The position numbers and the translations under genes were made by a program. DNA of 64,000 bases, taken from positions 1,559-65,558 of the forward strand of contig JAJXXW010000093.1 in the NCBI GenBank assembly GCA_021780905.1, read 5' to 3'. The notes below the pieces were generated by a model that saw nothing but the letters and a program-made list of their open reading frames with translations, was not told the origin of the DNA and searched no databases. Position 1 is the first letter of the stretch; the number at the start of each line of letters is the position of its first letter. The stretch is from a bacterium (GTDB lineage Bacteria; Verrucomicrobiota; Verrucomicrobiia; Limisphaerales; UBA11358). This document shows, in pieces, positions 19,990 to 29,161 of this stretch.

Positions 19990-21039
19990 ATGAGACAACG
20001 ATACCGGCTCTACCGCCGCAAAAAAGGCGGACGCTACTACATTCACGATGACGTGACCGGCAAGCAGGACAGCTTGCACACCACCGACCGCGCCACGGCT
20101 CTGCGGTTGTTCCATTCGCGCGGCGAAGCGCAGCAGCAGCCCGCCGTGAACCTGCAAATCGCCCGCGCCTATCTCGCCGCCAGCGACCCGCAGATTGCCA
20201 CCCGCAACTGGCAGTTCGTCATGGAGGAAATGGTCAAACTCAAAAAGGGCGAGACGCAACATCGCTGGCAGACCGCCATCAAGGACAAGGCGTTTGACTT
20301 GATTCGGCACCTGCCGGTTTTGGAAACGCGGCCGGAAAACTTTTTGCGCGTGCTCGAAACCGGGAAAGTTTCGACAAATGTATATTTGCGACGCATCCAC
20401 AACTTCGCCCTGGACATGACATGGTTGCCGTGGCCGGTCATCGTAAAACGGCAATGGCCGAAAGTTGAGTTCAAGGACAAACGGGCCATCACTTGGGAGG
20501 AACATCAGGCCATTGTCACCCGCGAACTGAATCCCGAACGCAAAGCGTTCTATAAACTGGCGTGGCACCTGGGCGCGTCGCAGTCCGATCTCGCGGGCCT
20601 CGAAGCTGAAAACATTGATTGGGAACACAACGTCATCAGCTTCGCGCGCAAGAAAACCGGCTCCATTGCCATCATGCGTTTCGATGATGAAGTGGCGGAG
20701 ATACTGCGGGATTTGCCGGGGAGCGGCCCGCTGTTTCCGTATCTGCGCTCGGTGCGTTCCGGCGACCGGGCGACGGAGTTTCATCAGCGCATCGCGGGCT
20801 TGGGCATCAAAGGCGTCAGCTTGCATTCGTATCGGTATGCGTGGGCGGAACGTGCCAAAAAAGCCGGTTATCCCGAACGGTTCGCGCAGGAGGCGTTGGG
20901 GCACAACAGCAAAGCCATCCACCGCGCGTATGCACGTCGGGCGCAGGTTGAACTGCCGCCCTTGAGCGAATTTGAACGGATGCGAAGCAAGTTCGCGGAA
21001 ATGTCCAAAGCCGTTGAGCCAGTGATGGCCAGCGCGTAA
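19990..21039 (+). CDS. tyrosine-type site-specific integrase
   Basis: C-terminal catalytic region ..LHSYRYAWAERA...LGHNSKAIHRAYAR.. (R..HxxR..Y-type signature), directly next to a tRNA. ATG 19990 (GTG 19978 possible). Confidence 0.85.
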   Translation: MRQRYRLYRRKKGGRYYIHDDVTGKQDSLHTTDRATALRLFHSRGEAQQQPAVNLQIARAYLAASDPQIATRNWQFVMEEMVKLKKGETQHRWQTAIKDKAFDLIRHLPVLETRPENFLRVLETGKVSTNVYLRRIHNFALDMTWLPWPVIVKRQWPKVEFKDKRAITWEEHQAIVTRELNPERKAFYKLAWHLGASQSDLAGLEAENIDWEHNVISFARKKTGSIAIMRFDDEVAEILRDLPGSGPLFPYLRSVRSGDRATEFHQRIAGLGIKGVSLHSYRYAWAERAKKAGYPERFAQEALGHNSKAIHRAYARRAQVELPPLSEFERMRSKFAEMSKAVEPVMASA

Positions 21040-21053
21040 CCGGAGGAAAGCAC

Positions 21054-21323
21054 ATGAACTTGAATCCTGCCACAGTGCTCGATCCGGTGTTCCAGTTTCT
21101 CGATTGGATCATCGCAGAATGGGGAGTTTATCTGTTTCTCGCGTTCGTCTGGCTGTCGGTTTTGGTGCTGGCCTGGGTGTTCAGCGGCGGGTTGCGCCGG
21201 AAATTCCCCAATCAACCGCACGTCAGCGCCAGGATCGGCATTATCATTCAGCCGCACACACCACCACCGCCACCAACAATCATCATCCAAGAATATCACT
21301 CGCCGGATGATGGTATGGATTAA
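21054..21323 (+). CDS. small membrane protein with proline-rich tail
   Basis: 89-aa ORF with hydrophobic segment VYLFLAFVWLSVLVLAWVF followed by HTPPPPPT. No recognised family. Confidence 0.4.
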   Translation: MNLNPATVLDPVFQFLDWIIAEWGVYLFLAFVWLSVLVLAWVFSGGLRRKFPNQPHVSARIGIIIQPHTPPPPPTIIIQEYHSPDDGMD

Positions 21324-21435
21324 ACCAAGTGTCGTTTGATAATGATTTGTGGGACGGGCGAGCGGCAGCGCGAAAGCTCCGAGCCTACTACTCGTCGCGC
21401 CGCCGGTCGCTGCTGCGTAACGGACTCGCCCGTCC

Positions 21436-21735
21436 TCATGCTGGTTGGGCCTGCCGTGCCCGTTTCCGCGCGTTCTTGTTGCGCCAGTGCCGGTGAATGG
21501 CCGCCGCCACTCTATCGAGCCATTCCGGGCTGGCAAATTTCTCGGCGAGCGCGTCACGCGAAAAATGCTTCACGCAATAGCGCCCCGGATGGCCGAGCGG
21601 CTTGAGCAGGCCCGACCGCACCAGTGGCGGGATGGTATGCGTGGCAACACCCAGCGCTTCGGCCACTTTCTCCTTGGTCATCAAGACCGGAAATTTATCC
21701 AGCGTCTGTAATTTCAATGACGATTCGGGATTCAT
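21436..21735 (-). CDS. excisionase/AlpA-like helix-turn-helix protein
   Basis: ..VLMTKEKVAEALGVATHTIPPLVRSGLL.. HTH_17-like segment. Position between integrase and relaxase. Confidence 0.6.
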   Translation of the reverse strand: MNPESSLKLQTLDKFPVLMTKEKVAEALGVATHTIPPLVRSGLLKPLGHPGRYCVKHFSRDALAEKFASPEWLDRVAAAIHRHWRNKNARKRARQAQPA

Positions 21736-22115
21736 ACTTTCTCCTTGGTAAAAGCGATGGCGACGGCGGCAACATGGGTTTTGAACGCGGCGGCGTAACG
21801 CCGGTCAGCCGCCTTCACAAATTTCAATTCATATTTCTGAATCGCCCGTTCAACGGCCTTGAGTCCGCTCCCCAGCACCGCAACTTCGGCCACGGCAAAA
21901 CAGAGCAACAGCTTTTCGGGCGGGGCATCCGGCTTCGTTTCCAACGCCGGATTGGAAATCATCTCTGCATACAAAAATTGCGCGTAAGGCAGTTGGAAAC
22001 TCCTGCCGTCGTCGGCCACCACGTTCAAAGTGGCGACCGTGGAATCCGTGCCGTAAGAAGGATTGTCGCGCGGGTTAGACGCCGATTCGGTGGGTGGAGC
22101 TTCGTTGGTGTTCAT
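21732..22115 (-). CDS. hypothetical protein (relaxase operon)
   Basis: 127-aa ORF overlapping the relaxase 3' end by 41 nt, and ATGA-coupled to the HTH gene. Confidence 0.4.
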   Translation of the reverse strand: MNTNEAPPTESASNPRDNPSYGTDSTVATLNVVADDGRSFQLPYAQFLYAEMISNPALETKPDAPPEKLLLCFAVAEVAVLGSGLKAVERAIQKYELKFVKAADRRYAAAFKTHVAAVAIAFTKEKV

Positions 22116-24801
22116 AACGGGGTGGTTTCATTTGAGGGCTGCGATTGTCAGGTAAAATGGTCTGTTGCAGTCCGAGGCGCTGGCGGAACTGTTTCAGAAA
22201 GCGATGACCGCGCTGTAAAACAGTCAGGATGAATTTTCGGCGGTGGGCGGACGGGACCACTTCCACCGCCGCCAGCCGCGCGCTGGAACGGGTGACGTGC
22301 GAGCGCAACCGTTCAGCATCGTCAGTGAAAATCTGACAGCGTTCGCGACCGCGCGAGATGCTGACGTAAAATTGCTGCTGATTGATCGCCGGCAGCGAAC
22401 GGGACGATGCCACGACCAACACTTCATCCACCGTTTTGCCCTGGGCGGCGTGCGATGTGACGGCGTAGCCGTGCGTGAACGTGCGATAGTTTTCTGGAAT
22501 CACCCGGCCATCGGCCAACACCACAGAATCACCTTGAATCGTCCGCACCTCGACCAGTTCGCCATTGACGAATTTTTTGCGCCAGTTGGCCTGCAACAGC
22601 AGTTTGTCGCCAGCGGCCACTTTCAACTTCCGTTTCTCCCCCACATCAAAGCAGGCGCAGCCTGCACCCAATGGGAAAAGGCTTTCAGAACCATCCGCAC
22701 GTTGGACTTTCAAGGCGTCATTTTCGACGGCGACCACCGCGACGGTTTCATCTTTTGCAAAACCAGTTTTTTGCCGGTGAAACCGAATCGCCAGGCCGGG
22801 ACGATATTGCCGCGCATCCCGCTTCTGTGCTTCCGTCCATGACAGCGAATCAAAAACTTGAAACTCCTTTTCGCCACCCGCCAGCCGACCGAACGTTTTC
22901 AGCGTGGCACGGACTTTTTCCGTCACCGCCTCGATTTCTGCCCACGTCGGCGCGACCAGCAGCGCGGATTGGTTTTGCTGCAATGCTTTTACATACGATT
23001 GCGCAGCTTCACCGTGTAATTGATCGCCTGAAAATTCTGTTACCACTCCCATGCGTTCCAGTTGAGCGAACGCTTCATTGGTATTTTTCTGCGCGGCCAG
23101 TTCAACGGCCCGGCGATATTCGACTTTGCGTTGCCGCCGGATGCGGGTCAATTGGCCGGATTGAAAATCCGAATGATTCTCCAAAATCCGCAGCGCATCG
23201 CCACGCGCGACCGAGGCGTGCTGGCCGGTGTCGCCCGACAGCACAATGCGGGCGTCCCGCGCCAGGTCAAACAGCCGCTTCATGTCGTCCATCCCGACCG
23301 CCCCGGCCTCATCCAGCACCACCAACTGACGGGCCGACAACGCCGGTTTCGTCAGCAGCAAACTTTGCAGTGTCACCGCCTCGAATCCTTCTTTTCGCAA
23401 AACATCCGTTGCCGCCGCAGTCGGCGCGCAGAACAGCGGTTCAACGCGGGCTTCCTTGCAGGCGGCGACCAGCTCGCGCAACGCCGTGGTTTTGCCGCTG
23501 CCGGCCAGACCGCGCAGGCCGGTGATGCGGTCACTGGTGCGCAGGACATGGTAAATCGCCCGTTTCTGATCCTCACCCAGCCAGTCAGCAGTCCGGTAGC
23601 CTGGATGCAACGGCGCGACCGCATCGCAACCCGCGTTGACCGTCTGAATTAAATCCAGTTCCGTTGCCAAAATCTGCCGGGTGGAAAATCCGCGCTCGGT
23701 TTTCACCAAGTCTGGCGAATACTTCACCGCCGCTTTCAGCGCCGGTAAATCCACTTCGCCCGGGCGCTGCGACAGGGCCACGTTCAACAGTTCATGCTCC
23801 GGCACGACCGACTTGCGCTCGAACACATGTGCGACGGCCTGGTTCAGGGCTTGGTTTTCTGGTTCAAAGACACGGACTGGCCGGACGTGTTGAACCGATG
23901 CCGAGAGTTTTTTCAGCGCCTGTAATTCATCGGGCTGTAATTGTGCCAGTTGGCGTTCGCGCACTTCCGCCGTCGAGATGCCTTTGACCTTTTCTGCCCG
24001 GCTCTGGTGGACCGCGAGAGAAATTGCATTGTTGGAAAGTTTGCGCCCCAGCTTTTGTTCCATCTCCTGCGCCACCGCGTCACGCTGTTGCGACCGCTTG
24101 GAAAATCGTTTCAACACCTCATCGCTGACGCCATCAATTTGAAAGCCATGTTTGGACGGTTGAATCCGGTAGCCGATTTGTCGCACCCGCTTCGCGAGTT
24201 CGTTCCGATAAACCGCCGTGCCGTAACGGATGGCGTCATACATTCCGCCCGCTTGCAGGGCTTTCCAGGACCGTTCGCGGTCATCAAAGGTGGCGTTGAA
24301 CACTGTGAGGTGGGTATGCAACTGCGGGTCAAGCGCGCGGCTGCTCGTGTGCGTGAACGCGGCGGCGGCGAGATTGCCGGTTGTCCGGTCTCTTTGGTTG
24401 CCTTGTTTTCTGACTCGCGTGGCGGCGAAGGTTTCGAGTTCGCGGAACGCAATGCGCGTGGCCTCCTCGTGCGCCGTCACCAGTCGTTCATCCGCCAGCG
24501 TCACCGCCAGGACCGAAACTGATTTCGGCGCGGAACAGGTGAAATCATAGAATACCCGCCGCTGACCCTCCTTGAGTTGTCGCTGCGTCAGCCGTTCGCC
24601 GGTTTCAGGATTTCGATTTTCGCATAGCGCATGAAATTGTTCGCGGGTGACGGCTTGGTTTAATCCCAACCGTTCCGCGCCCGCGCCGTTCCATTGACCG
24701 GGGCGGATTTCACCGGCGGCATAGTAGTCGTTTTGCGCGAGATGCTCGTCGAAGTAGCTCTCGGCATCGGCCAGATTTTTATGCGCGACGGCAGTGAACA
24801 T
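22075..24801 (-). CDS. MobF-type conjugative relaxase (TrwC/TraI-like) fused to a RecD-like helicase
   Basis: N-terminus ..AESYFDEHLAQNDYY..GQWNGAGAERLGL.. and ..HTSSRALDPQLHTHLTVFN.. (3-His relaxase motif). Walker A GLAGSGKTT in the C-terminal half. Confidence 0.85.
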   Translation of the reverse strand: MFTAVAHKNLADAESYFDEHLAQNDYYAAGEIRPGQWNGAGAERLGLNQAVTREQFHALCENRNPETGERLTQRQLKEGQRRVFYDFTCSAPKSVSVLAVTLADERLVTAHEEATRIAFRELETFAATRVRKQGNQRDRTTGNLAAAAFTHTSSRALDPQLHTHLTVFNATFDDRERSWKALQAGGMYDAIRYGTAVYRNELAKRVRQIGYRIQPSKHGFQIDGVSDEVLKRFSKRSQQRDAVAQEMEQKLGRKLSNNAISLAVHQSRAEKVKGISTAEVRERQLAQLQPDELQALKKLSASVQHVRPVRVFEPENQALNQAVAHVFERKSVVPEHELLNVALSQRPGEVDLPALKAAVKYSPDLVKTERGFSTRQILATELDLIQTVNAGCDAVAPLHPGYRTADWLGEDQKRAIYHVLRTSDRITGLRGLAGSGKTTALRELVAACKEARVEPLFCAPTAAATDVLRKEGFEAVTLQSLLLTKPALSARQLVVLDEAGAVGMDDMKRLFDLARDARIVLSGDTGQHASVARGDALRILENHSDFQSGQLTRIRRQRKVEYRRAVELAAQKNTNEAFAQLERMGVVTEFSGDQLHGEAAQSYVKALQQNQSALLVAPTWAEIEAVTEKVRATLKTFGRLAGGEKEFQVFDSLSWTEAQKRDARQYRPGLAIRFHRQKTGFAKDETVAVVAVENDALKVQRADGSESLFPLGAGCACFDVGEKRKLKVAAGDKLLLQANWRKKFVNGELVEVRTIQGDSVVLADGRVIPENYRTFTHGYAVTSHAAQGKTVDEVLVVASSRSLPAINQQQFYVSISRGRERCQIFTDDAERLRSHVTRSSARLAAVEVVPSAHRRKFILTVLQRGHRFLKQFRQRLGLQQTILPDNRSPQMKPPRYEHQRSSTHRIGV

Positions 24802-25113
24802 ACGCGGTCAGGCTATCGAATTCCCGACTCCGGCAGGTGTGCGTCGCGCACAACCTGTGTTTCGACCAATTCAGTCATGCCGGGCAGTTTGCCTGAATCA
24901 TCTCCCGTGCGCGTGTAGCTGATACACAAAACGCAAACCTCCATCGGTTTGCTCCCGCCCGACGCTCACAACCGCCTCGATGCCATCGCGGTTTTCAACG
25001 GTTGACCAGAGTTTGGCAGGAAACCGTGTTTCTGAACTTCGTCCGCGCGAACAAATTGCTGACGGCACGGCGCGGATGCGCTACGCTCACCGCGTCAGTT
25101 GAATCAATCGCCC

Positions 25114-27468
25114 ATGCCAACCGAAGCCGACGCTAGAATTGTGGTTGACCGCCTCTTGCGCGAGGCGGATTGGGACATTGAAAACAAGTCGATCGTCTCC
25201 ACGGAAGAAGCCGCAGCAGATGGCCGCGCTGATTACCTCCTGAAAAATTCCCGCACACGGCCACTGTGCGTCGTCGAAACGAAACGGTTTTCCATTGATC
25301 CATACTCGGCGAAGACGCGGACCAAGGAATACGCCGTCAGTCTCGGCGCTCCGTTCATCATCTTGAGCAACGGGCGCGAGCATTACTTCTGGGATTACGA
25401 GAACGGCGACGCGCGGCCTATCATCGGTTTTCCCACGCAGGCCGACCTCGAAAGCCGCGCCAATCTCCGCCAGCACCGGCAGGGCGACCTGGCAACTTCC
25501 ATCCGGGCAGTGCCCATGCCGACGCATTTTCGTTTTAAGGGCGAAGACATTGAGGCGCGGCCCTATCAAATCCGCTGCCTCAAAGCCACCGATGAGGCGC
25601 TGATTGCCGGGCGGCGGCGGATGTTGTTGGAGAAAGCGACCGGCACGGGCAAAACGCTCACCATCGCCATGCTCATAAAACGGTGGATGCAGGCGGCCGT
25701 GATTTCGCGCGTCCTGTTCCTGGCCGACCGCATTGAACTGGCGCGACAGGCCAAGCAGGACACATTTGACGACTACCTCCGCGAATATCCATCCACGCTG
25801 CTTTTCGGCGGCAAAAAATCGCTCGAAGGCCAAATCGTCGTCGGCACGCTGGACACGATTGCCGGACAGCTTGGGCCGGGCGGTTTCGGCCATGCCTATT
25901 TTGATCTCGTTATCACGGACGAGTGCCATCGCTCCATTTACAACACGCACCGCGCGACGCTGGCGCACTTTGACGCCATCCATATCGGCCTTACCGCCAC
26001 GCCGAATCCCGGCGAACTCCATTGGGTGAGCGAACACGAACGCCAGCTCATCCGCAGCACCTACATGTTTTTCGATTGCTGGGACAGCGCCGCGCAGGAA
26101 GGCCGACCAACCTTCGCCTATACCATCCGCGAGGGCATCAAGGAAAAATATCTCGCCGACTACAAAATTTATTCCGCCGAATCCGTCCTCACCTTCGAGG
26201 GCACGGACTGGGAAGACGAGGAAATCGGCTTTGGCGATTGGGGACGCACCGCCGAGAGCGAAGACCGGCTCAAGCTCATCGTTGATGAATACTTCCGCGT
26301 CGAGGAAGAGCGCCCGCAGCCGCATCCGCGCAAAACCATCGTGTTTGCCGTCAGTGAAAAACAGGCCGTGATTTTGGAACGCCTGTTCAACCAGCTTCTA
26401 CCCGATGCCGCGTGCCTGCGCATTGCGCAGCAGACGAATCGCTCACCCGCCGAAGTCCGCCAGAGTTTCGCGCAGAAAATCACCTGCTACTCAAACAACG
26501 GCAATCCGAAGCCCATTATAGACCGCTTCAAATTCGACCCGTTCCCCATTATCGCGGTTTCGGTGGATATGCTCGACACCGGCTACGACCACAAGGAAAT
26601 TGAAAATCTCGTGATGCTCCGTCCGACAAATTCCGCGATCAAATACGCGCAGATGCGCGGGCGCGGCAGCCGCCTGTGTCCACGCATTGGCAAGACTTCA
26701 TTCCTGATTTACGATTTCGTCGGCAATCATGCACGGTTCAACGACCCCGGCGCGCAGTATCACCGGCCCAGGCAAGTCGGCAAACGTCCGAAGCCGGGCG
26801 ACACAGAACCCGAACCCGGCCCGGAGCCAGCACCACCGCCGCCCGGCCCGCCGCGACCACCGCGCGAATTTACCGTCATTCCGCTGGGCGAAAAGGAAGA
26901 TGCCATCCGCCGCCGCGAACTCATTCACGTCGGCCCGGAGGGCATGGCGATTGACCGCAAGACCTATCAGGACGGCTGGCTCAAGCGGATTCAGGAATTG
27001 CGCGACACCGACCCAGCTGTCCGCAAAATCATGGCGGGCGAATCTCTGACCGAAAACGAGTGGGAAGAACTCGCTCAGAAACTCAACTCGCCCGAATTCT
27101 GGTTTGATGAACCCGCGCTCCGTAAAGCGTTCGAGCAGCCGTCCGGCTCGCTTTCCGACTTCATCCGCGCCGCGCTCGGCTTGTATGAACTGCCCACGCG
27201 CCAACAGCGTGTCGAACGCGCTTTCAACGCCTGGGTGGCTGAAAATTCCAGCAGCATCAATCCCGATCAGGCGCGGCTCTTGAGCCTGTTGCGCAATGTC
27301 GTCTCCGCCGCCGTGACCGAGACGAAATACGTCCCGCTCGGCCCCAGCATTTTCACCCGCCCGCCATTCACCTTCCAAGGCGGACGCGCCCGCGCCGAAG
27401 CCCTGTTTGGCCGCGACCGGCTGGCGGCGATCATGGACGAACTCAACCAACTCGTTCAGTCGGCATGA
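25114..27468 (+). CDS. hsdR: type I restriction enzyme R subunit (EcoEI-like C-terminus)
   Basis: N-terminal nuclease-like ..ADYLL...VVETK.., ATGTGKT Walker A, DECHR box, helicase C motifs (QMRGRGSR), a Pro-rich linker and a C-terminal helical domain. Confidence 0.85.
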   Translation: MPTEADARIVVDRLLREADWDIENKSIVSTEEAAADGRADYLLKNSRTRPLCVVETKRFSIDPYSAKTRTKEYAVSLGAPFIILSNGREHYFWDYENGDARPIIGFPTQADLESRANLRQHRQGDLATSIRAVPMPTHFRFKGEDIEARPYQIRCLKATDEALIAGRRRMLLEKATGTGKTLTIAMLIKRWMQAAVISRVLFLADRIELARQAKQDTFDDYLREYPSTLLFGGKKSLEGQIVVGTLDTIAGQLGPGGFGHAYFDLVITDECHRSIYNTHRATLAHFDAIHIGLTATPNPGELHWVSEHERQLIRSTYMFFDCWDSAAQEGRPTFAYTIREGIKEKYLADYKIYSAESVLTFEGTDWEDEEIGFGDWGRTAESEDRLKLIVDEYFRVEEERPQPHPRKTIVFAVSEKQAVILERLFNQLLPDAACLRIAQQTNRSPAEVRQSFAQKITCYSNNGNPKPIIDRFKFDPFPIIAVSVDMLDTGYDHKEIENLVMLRPTNSAIKYAQMRGRGSRLCPRIGKTSFLIYDFVGNHARFNDPGAQYHRPRQVGKRPKPGDTEPEPGPEPAPPPPGPPRPPREFTVIPLGEKEDAIRRRELIHVGPEGMAIDRKTYQDGWLKRIQELRDTDPAVRKIMAGESLTENEWEELAQKLNSPEFWFDEPALRKAFEQPSGSLSDFIRAALGLYELPTRQQRVERAFNAWVAENSSSINPDQARLLSLLRNVVSAAVTETKYVPLGPSIFTRPPFTFQGGRARAEALFGRDRLAAIMDELNQLVQSA

Positions 27469-27493
27469 TATGAACCGAACGCCTTTCTTCGCC

Positions 27494-27561
27494 GTAGCAG
27501 CCGACGTAAGGAGGCTCATTCATTCCCGAAATAGTCAGAGCCTCGTCACCTCGGCTGCTAC
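27494..27561. repeat. 68-nt nested palindromic element in the hsdR-hsdM spacer
   Basis: Outer arms GTAGCAGCCGA (27494-27504) / TCGGCTGCTAC (27551-27561). Inner arms GAGGCTC (27511-17) / GAGCCTC (27538-44). Translates as AVAADVRRLIHSRNSQSLVTSAAT. Confidence 0.6.
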
Positions 27562-27574
27562 GAAATTTTGAATC

Positions 27575-29161
27575 ATGGATAACGCCTCGCTCCAAAATCT
27601 GCTCAAACGTCTCTGCAAAGTGATGTGGGAAGCCAACGTCACCAACCCCATCACCTACGTCACGCAGATTTCCTATCTGCTGTTTTTGAAGATGCTCGAA
27701 GAAATGGACACCGAGCAGACGGAGTTCGGAGTTCCGCCTTCAGGCGGCAGCGGACCGGCTAAAGCCGGAACTCCAAACAGCGGGCAACGCTCTCCCATCT
27801 TCACCAAGGTCAAAATCGCTGGCGACTTCGTGGATTTCGGCAAACTCCGCTGGTCGGTGCTCACGTCCGACCCCGACAACGCCCGGATGCTCGAAACGCT
27901 CCGCACCCTGCTTCCGAAACTCGCGCTGCACCCCGCTTTGTCGCCCGCCGCCCGCGCCTTGTTTGAAGATTCCGCCGTCGTCATCCCGGACGGCGCGACG
28001 CTGCGCAAGGCCGTGGACACGCTCAAAGGCCAGAACTTGCTGGGCGAAGATGCCGACGTGAAGGGCGACCTGTTTGAAATTCTCGTCAACGACCTCGGCA
28101 GCCAGAAGAAGGCCGCGCAATTCCGCACGCCGCGCCATCTCATCCGCGTCATCGTTGAAATGGTGAATCCGCAGATCGGCCAGACCGTGTGCGACTCCGC
28201 CGGCGGCACGGGCGGATTTGCCATCGCCGCCTACGAACACATTTTGCTGGCAAACAGTTCGCCGGAATTTATCCGCGAAGTGCCCGCGCCCTACGGCCTG
28301 CCGGTCAAGCGCGGCTTGGGCGACCGCCTCAAGCCGTCGCAGTGGAAATTTTTGCAGTCCGGCACAATTCACATTTTCGAGGGCGACAAGGACATCATCC
28401 GCATGGCCGCCATGAACGCCGTGCTGCACGGCTTTGACCAGTCGCCCATCGTGCGGCGCGATTCCATCTGCGGCGGCGAGGACAAGTGGGACGAAGTGCA
28501 GTTCGACGTGATTCTGGAAAACCCGCCGTTCTCCGGCCAGCGCGGCGACGCCAAGCGTTCCCTGCGCGTCGAGAAAGGTGACAAATACGTTTTGTTTCTG
28601 GCCGCCGCGCTCCGCAGTCTGCGGCCCGGCGGACGCGCCGGCATCGTTTTCCCCAACGGCATTTTGTTCGGCGACTCCAACTCGCACATTGAGGTGAAAA
28701 AACGCCTGCTCGCCGAGTGCGATTTGCAGGCCGTCATCACGCTGCCCAAGGGCATGTTCGAGCCTTACACGCCCAACCCGACGTGCTTCCTGATTTTTGA
28801 AAAGACCGGCAAGCCCACCAGGGAAACCTGGTTTTACAACGTGCGCGGCGACGGCTCATCGCTCAAAAAGGCGCGCAAGTTCGGCCCGCAATTCCCGAAC
28901 GACTTTCCCGACCTGCTGAAAAAATGGCCCAAGCGCCAGACCGCCGACGGCGTGGCGTGGCGCGTGCCCGCCGGGAAAATCATCGCCAACGGCTACAACC
29001 TCACGCTCGCCAGCCTCGGCCTCGTCGAGCCGCAGAAAACCGACCACGCCGAACCGGAGGAAATTCTTGCGTCCGTGGCTGGGAAAGAACAAAAGATTTT
29101 GGACATCATCGGGGAAATGCAGGAACTCGTCTTGGAGGAAAATGGCAATGGAACTCGATGA
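27575..29161 (+). CDS. hsdM: type I restriction-modification system M subunit (N6-adenine MTase)
   Basis: HsdM N-terminal region ..ITYVTQISYLLFLKMLEE.., ..CDSAGGTGGF.. AdoMet motif, and NPPF catalytic motif. Confidence 0.9.
   Translation: MDNASLQNLLKRLCKVMWEANVTNPITYVTQISYLLFLKMLEEMDTEQTEFGVPPSGGSGPAKAGTPNSGQRSPIFTKVKIAGDFVDFGKLRWSVLTSDPDNARMLETLRTLLPKLALHPALSPAARALFEDSAVVIPDGATLRKAVDTLKGQNLLGEDADVKGDLFEILVNDLGSQKKAAQFRTPRHLIRVIVEMVNPQIGQTVCDSAGGTGGFAIAAYEHILLANSSPEFIREVPAPYGLPVKRGLGDRLKPSQWKFLQSGTIHIFEGDKDIIRMAAMNAVLHGFDQSPIVRRDSICGGEDKWDEVQFDVILENPPFSGQRGDAKRSLRVEKGDKYVLFLAAALRSLRPGGRAGIVFPNGILFGDSNSHIEVKKRLLAECDLQAVITLPKGMFEPYTPNPTCFLIFEKTGKPTRETWFYNVRGDGSSLKKARKFGPQFPNDFPDLLKKWPKRQTADGVAWRVPAGKIIANGYNLTLASLGLVEPQKTDHAEPEEILASVAGKEQKILDIIGEMQELVLEENGNGTR

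Noticed and set aside
25087-26325. 412-aa minus-strand ORF opposite hsdR
   Set aside because: Antisense to a gene with a complete set of helicase/nuclease motifs. No recognisable domain of its own.
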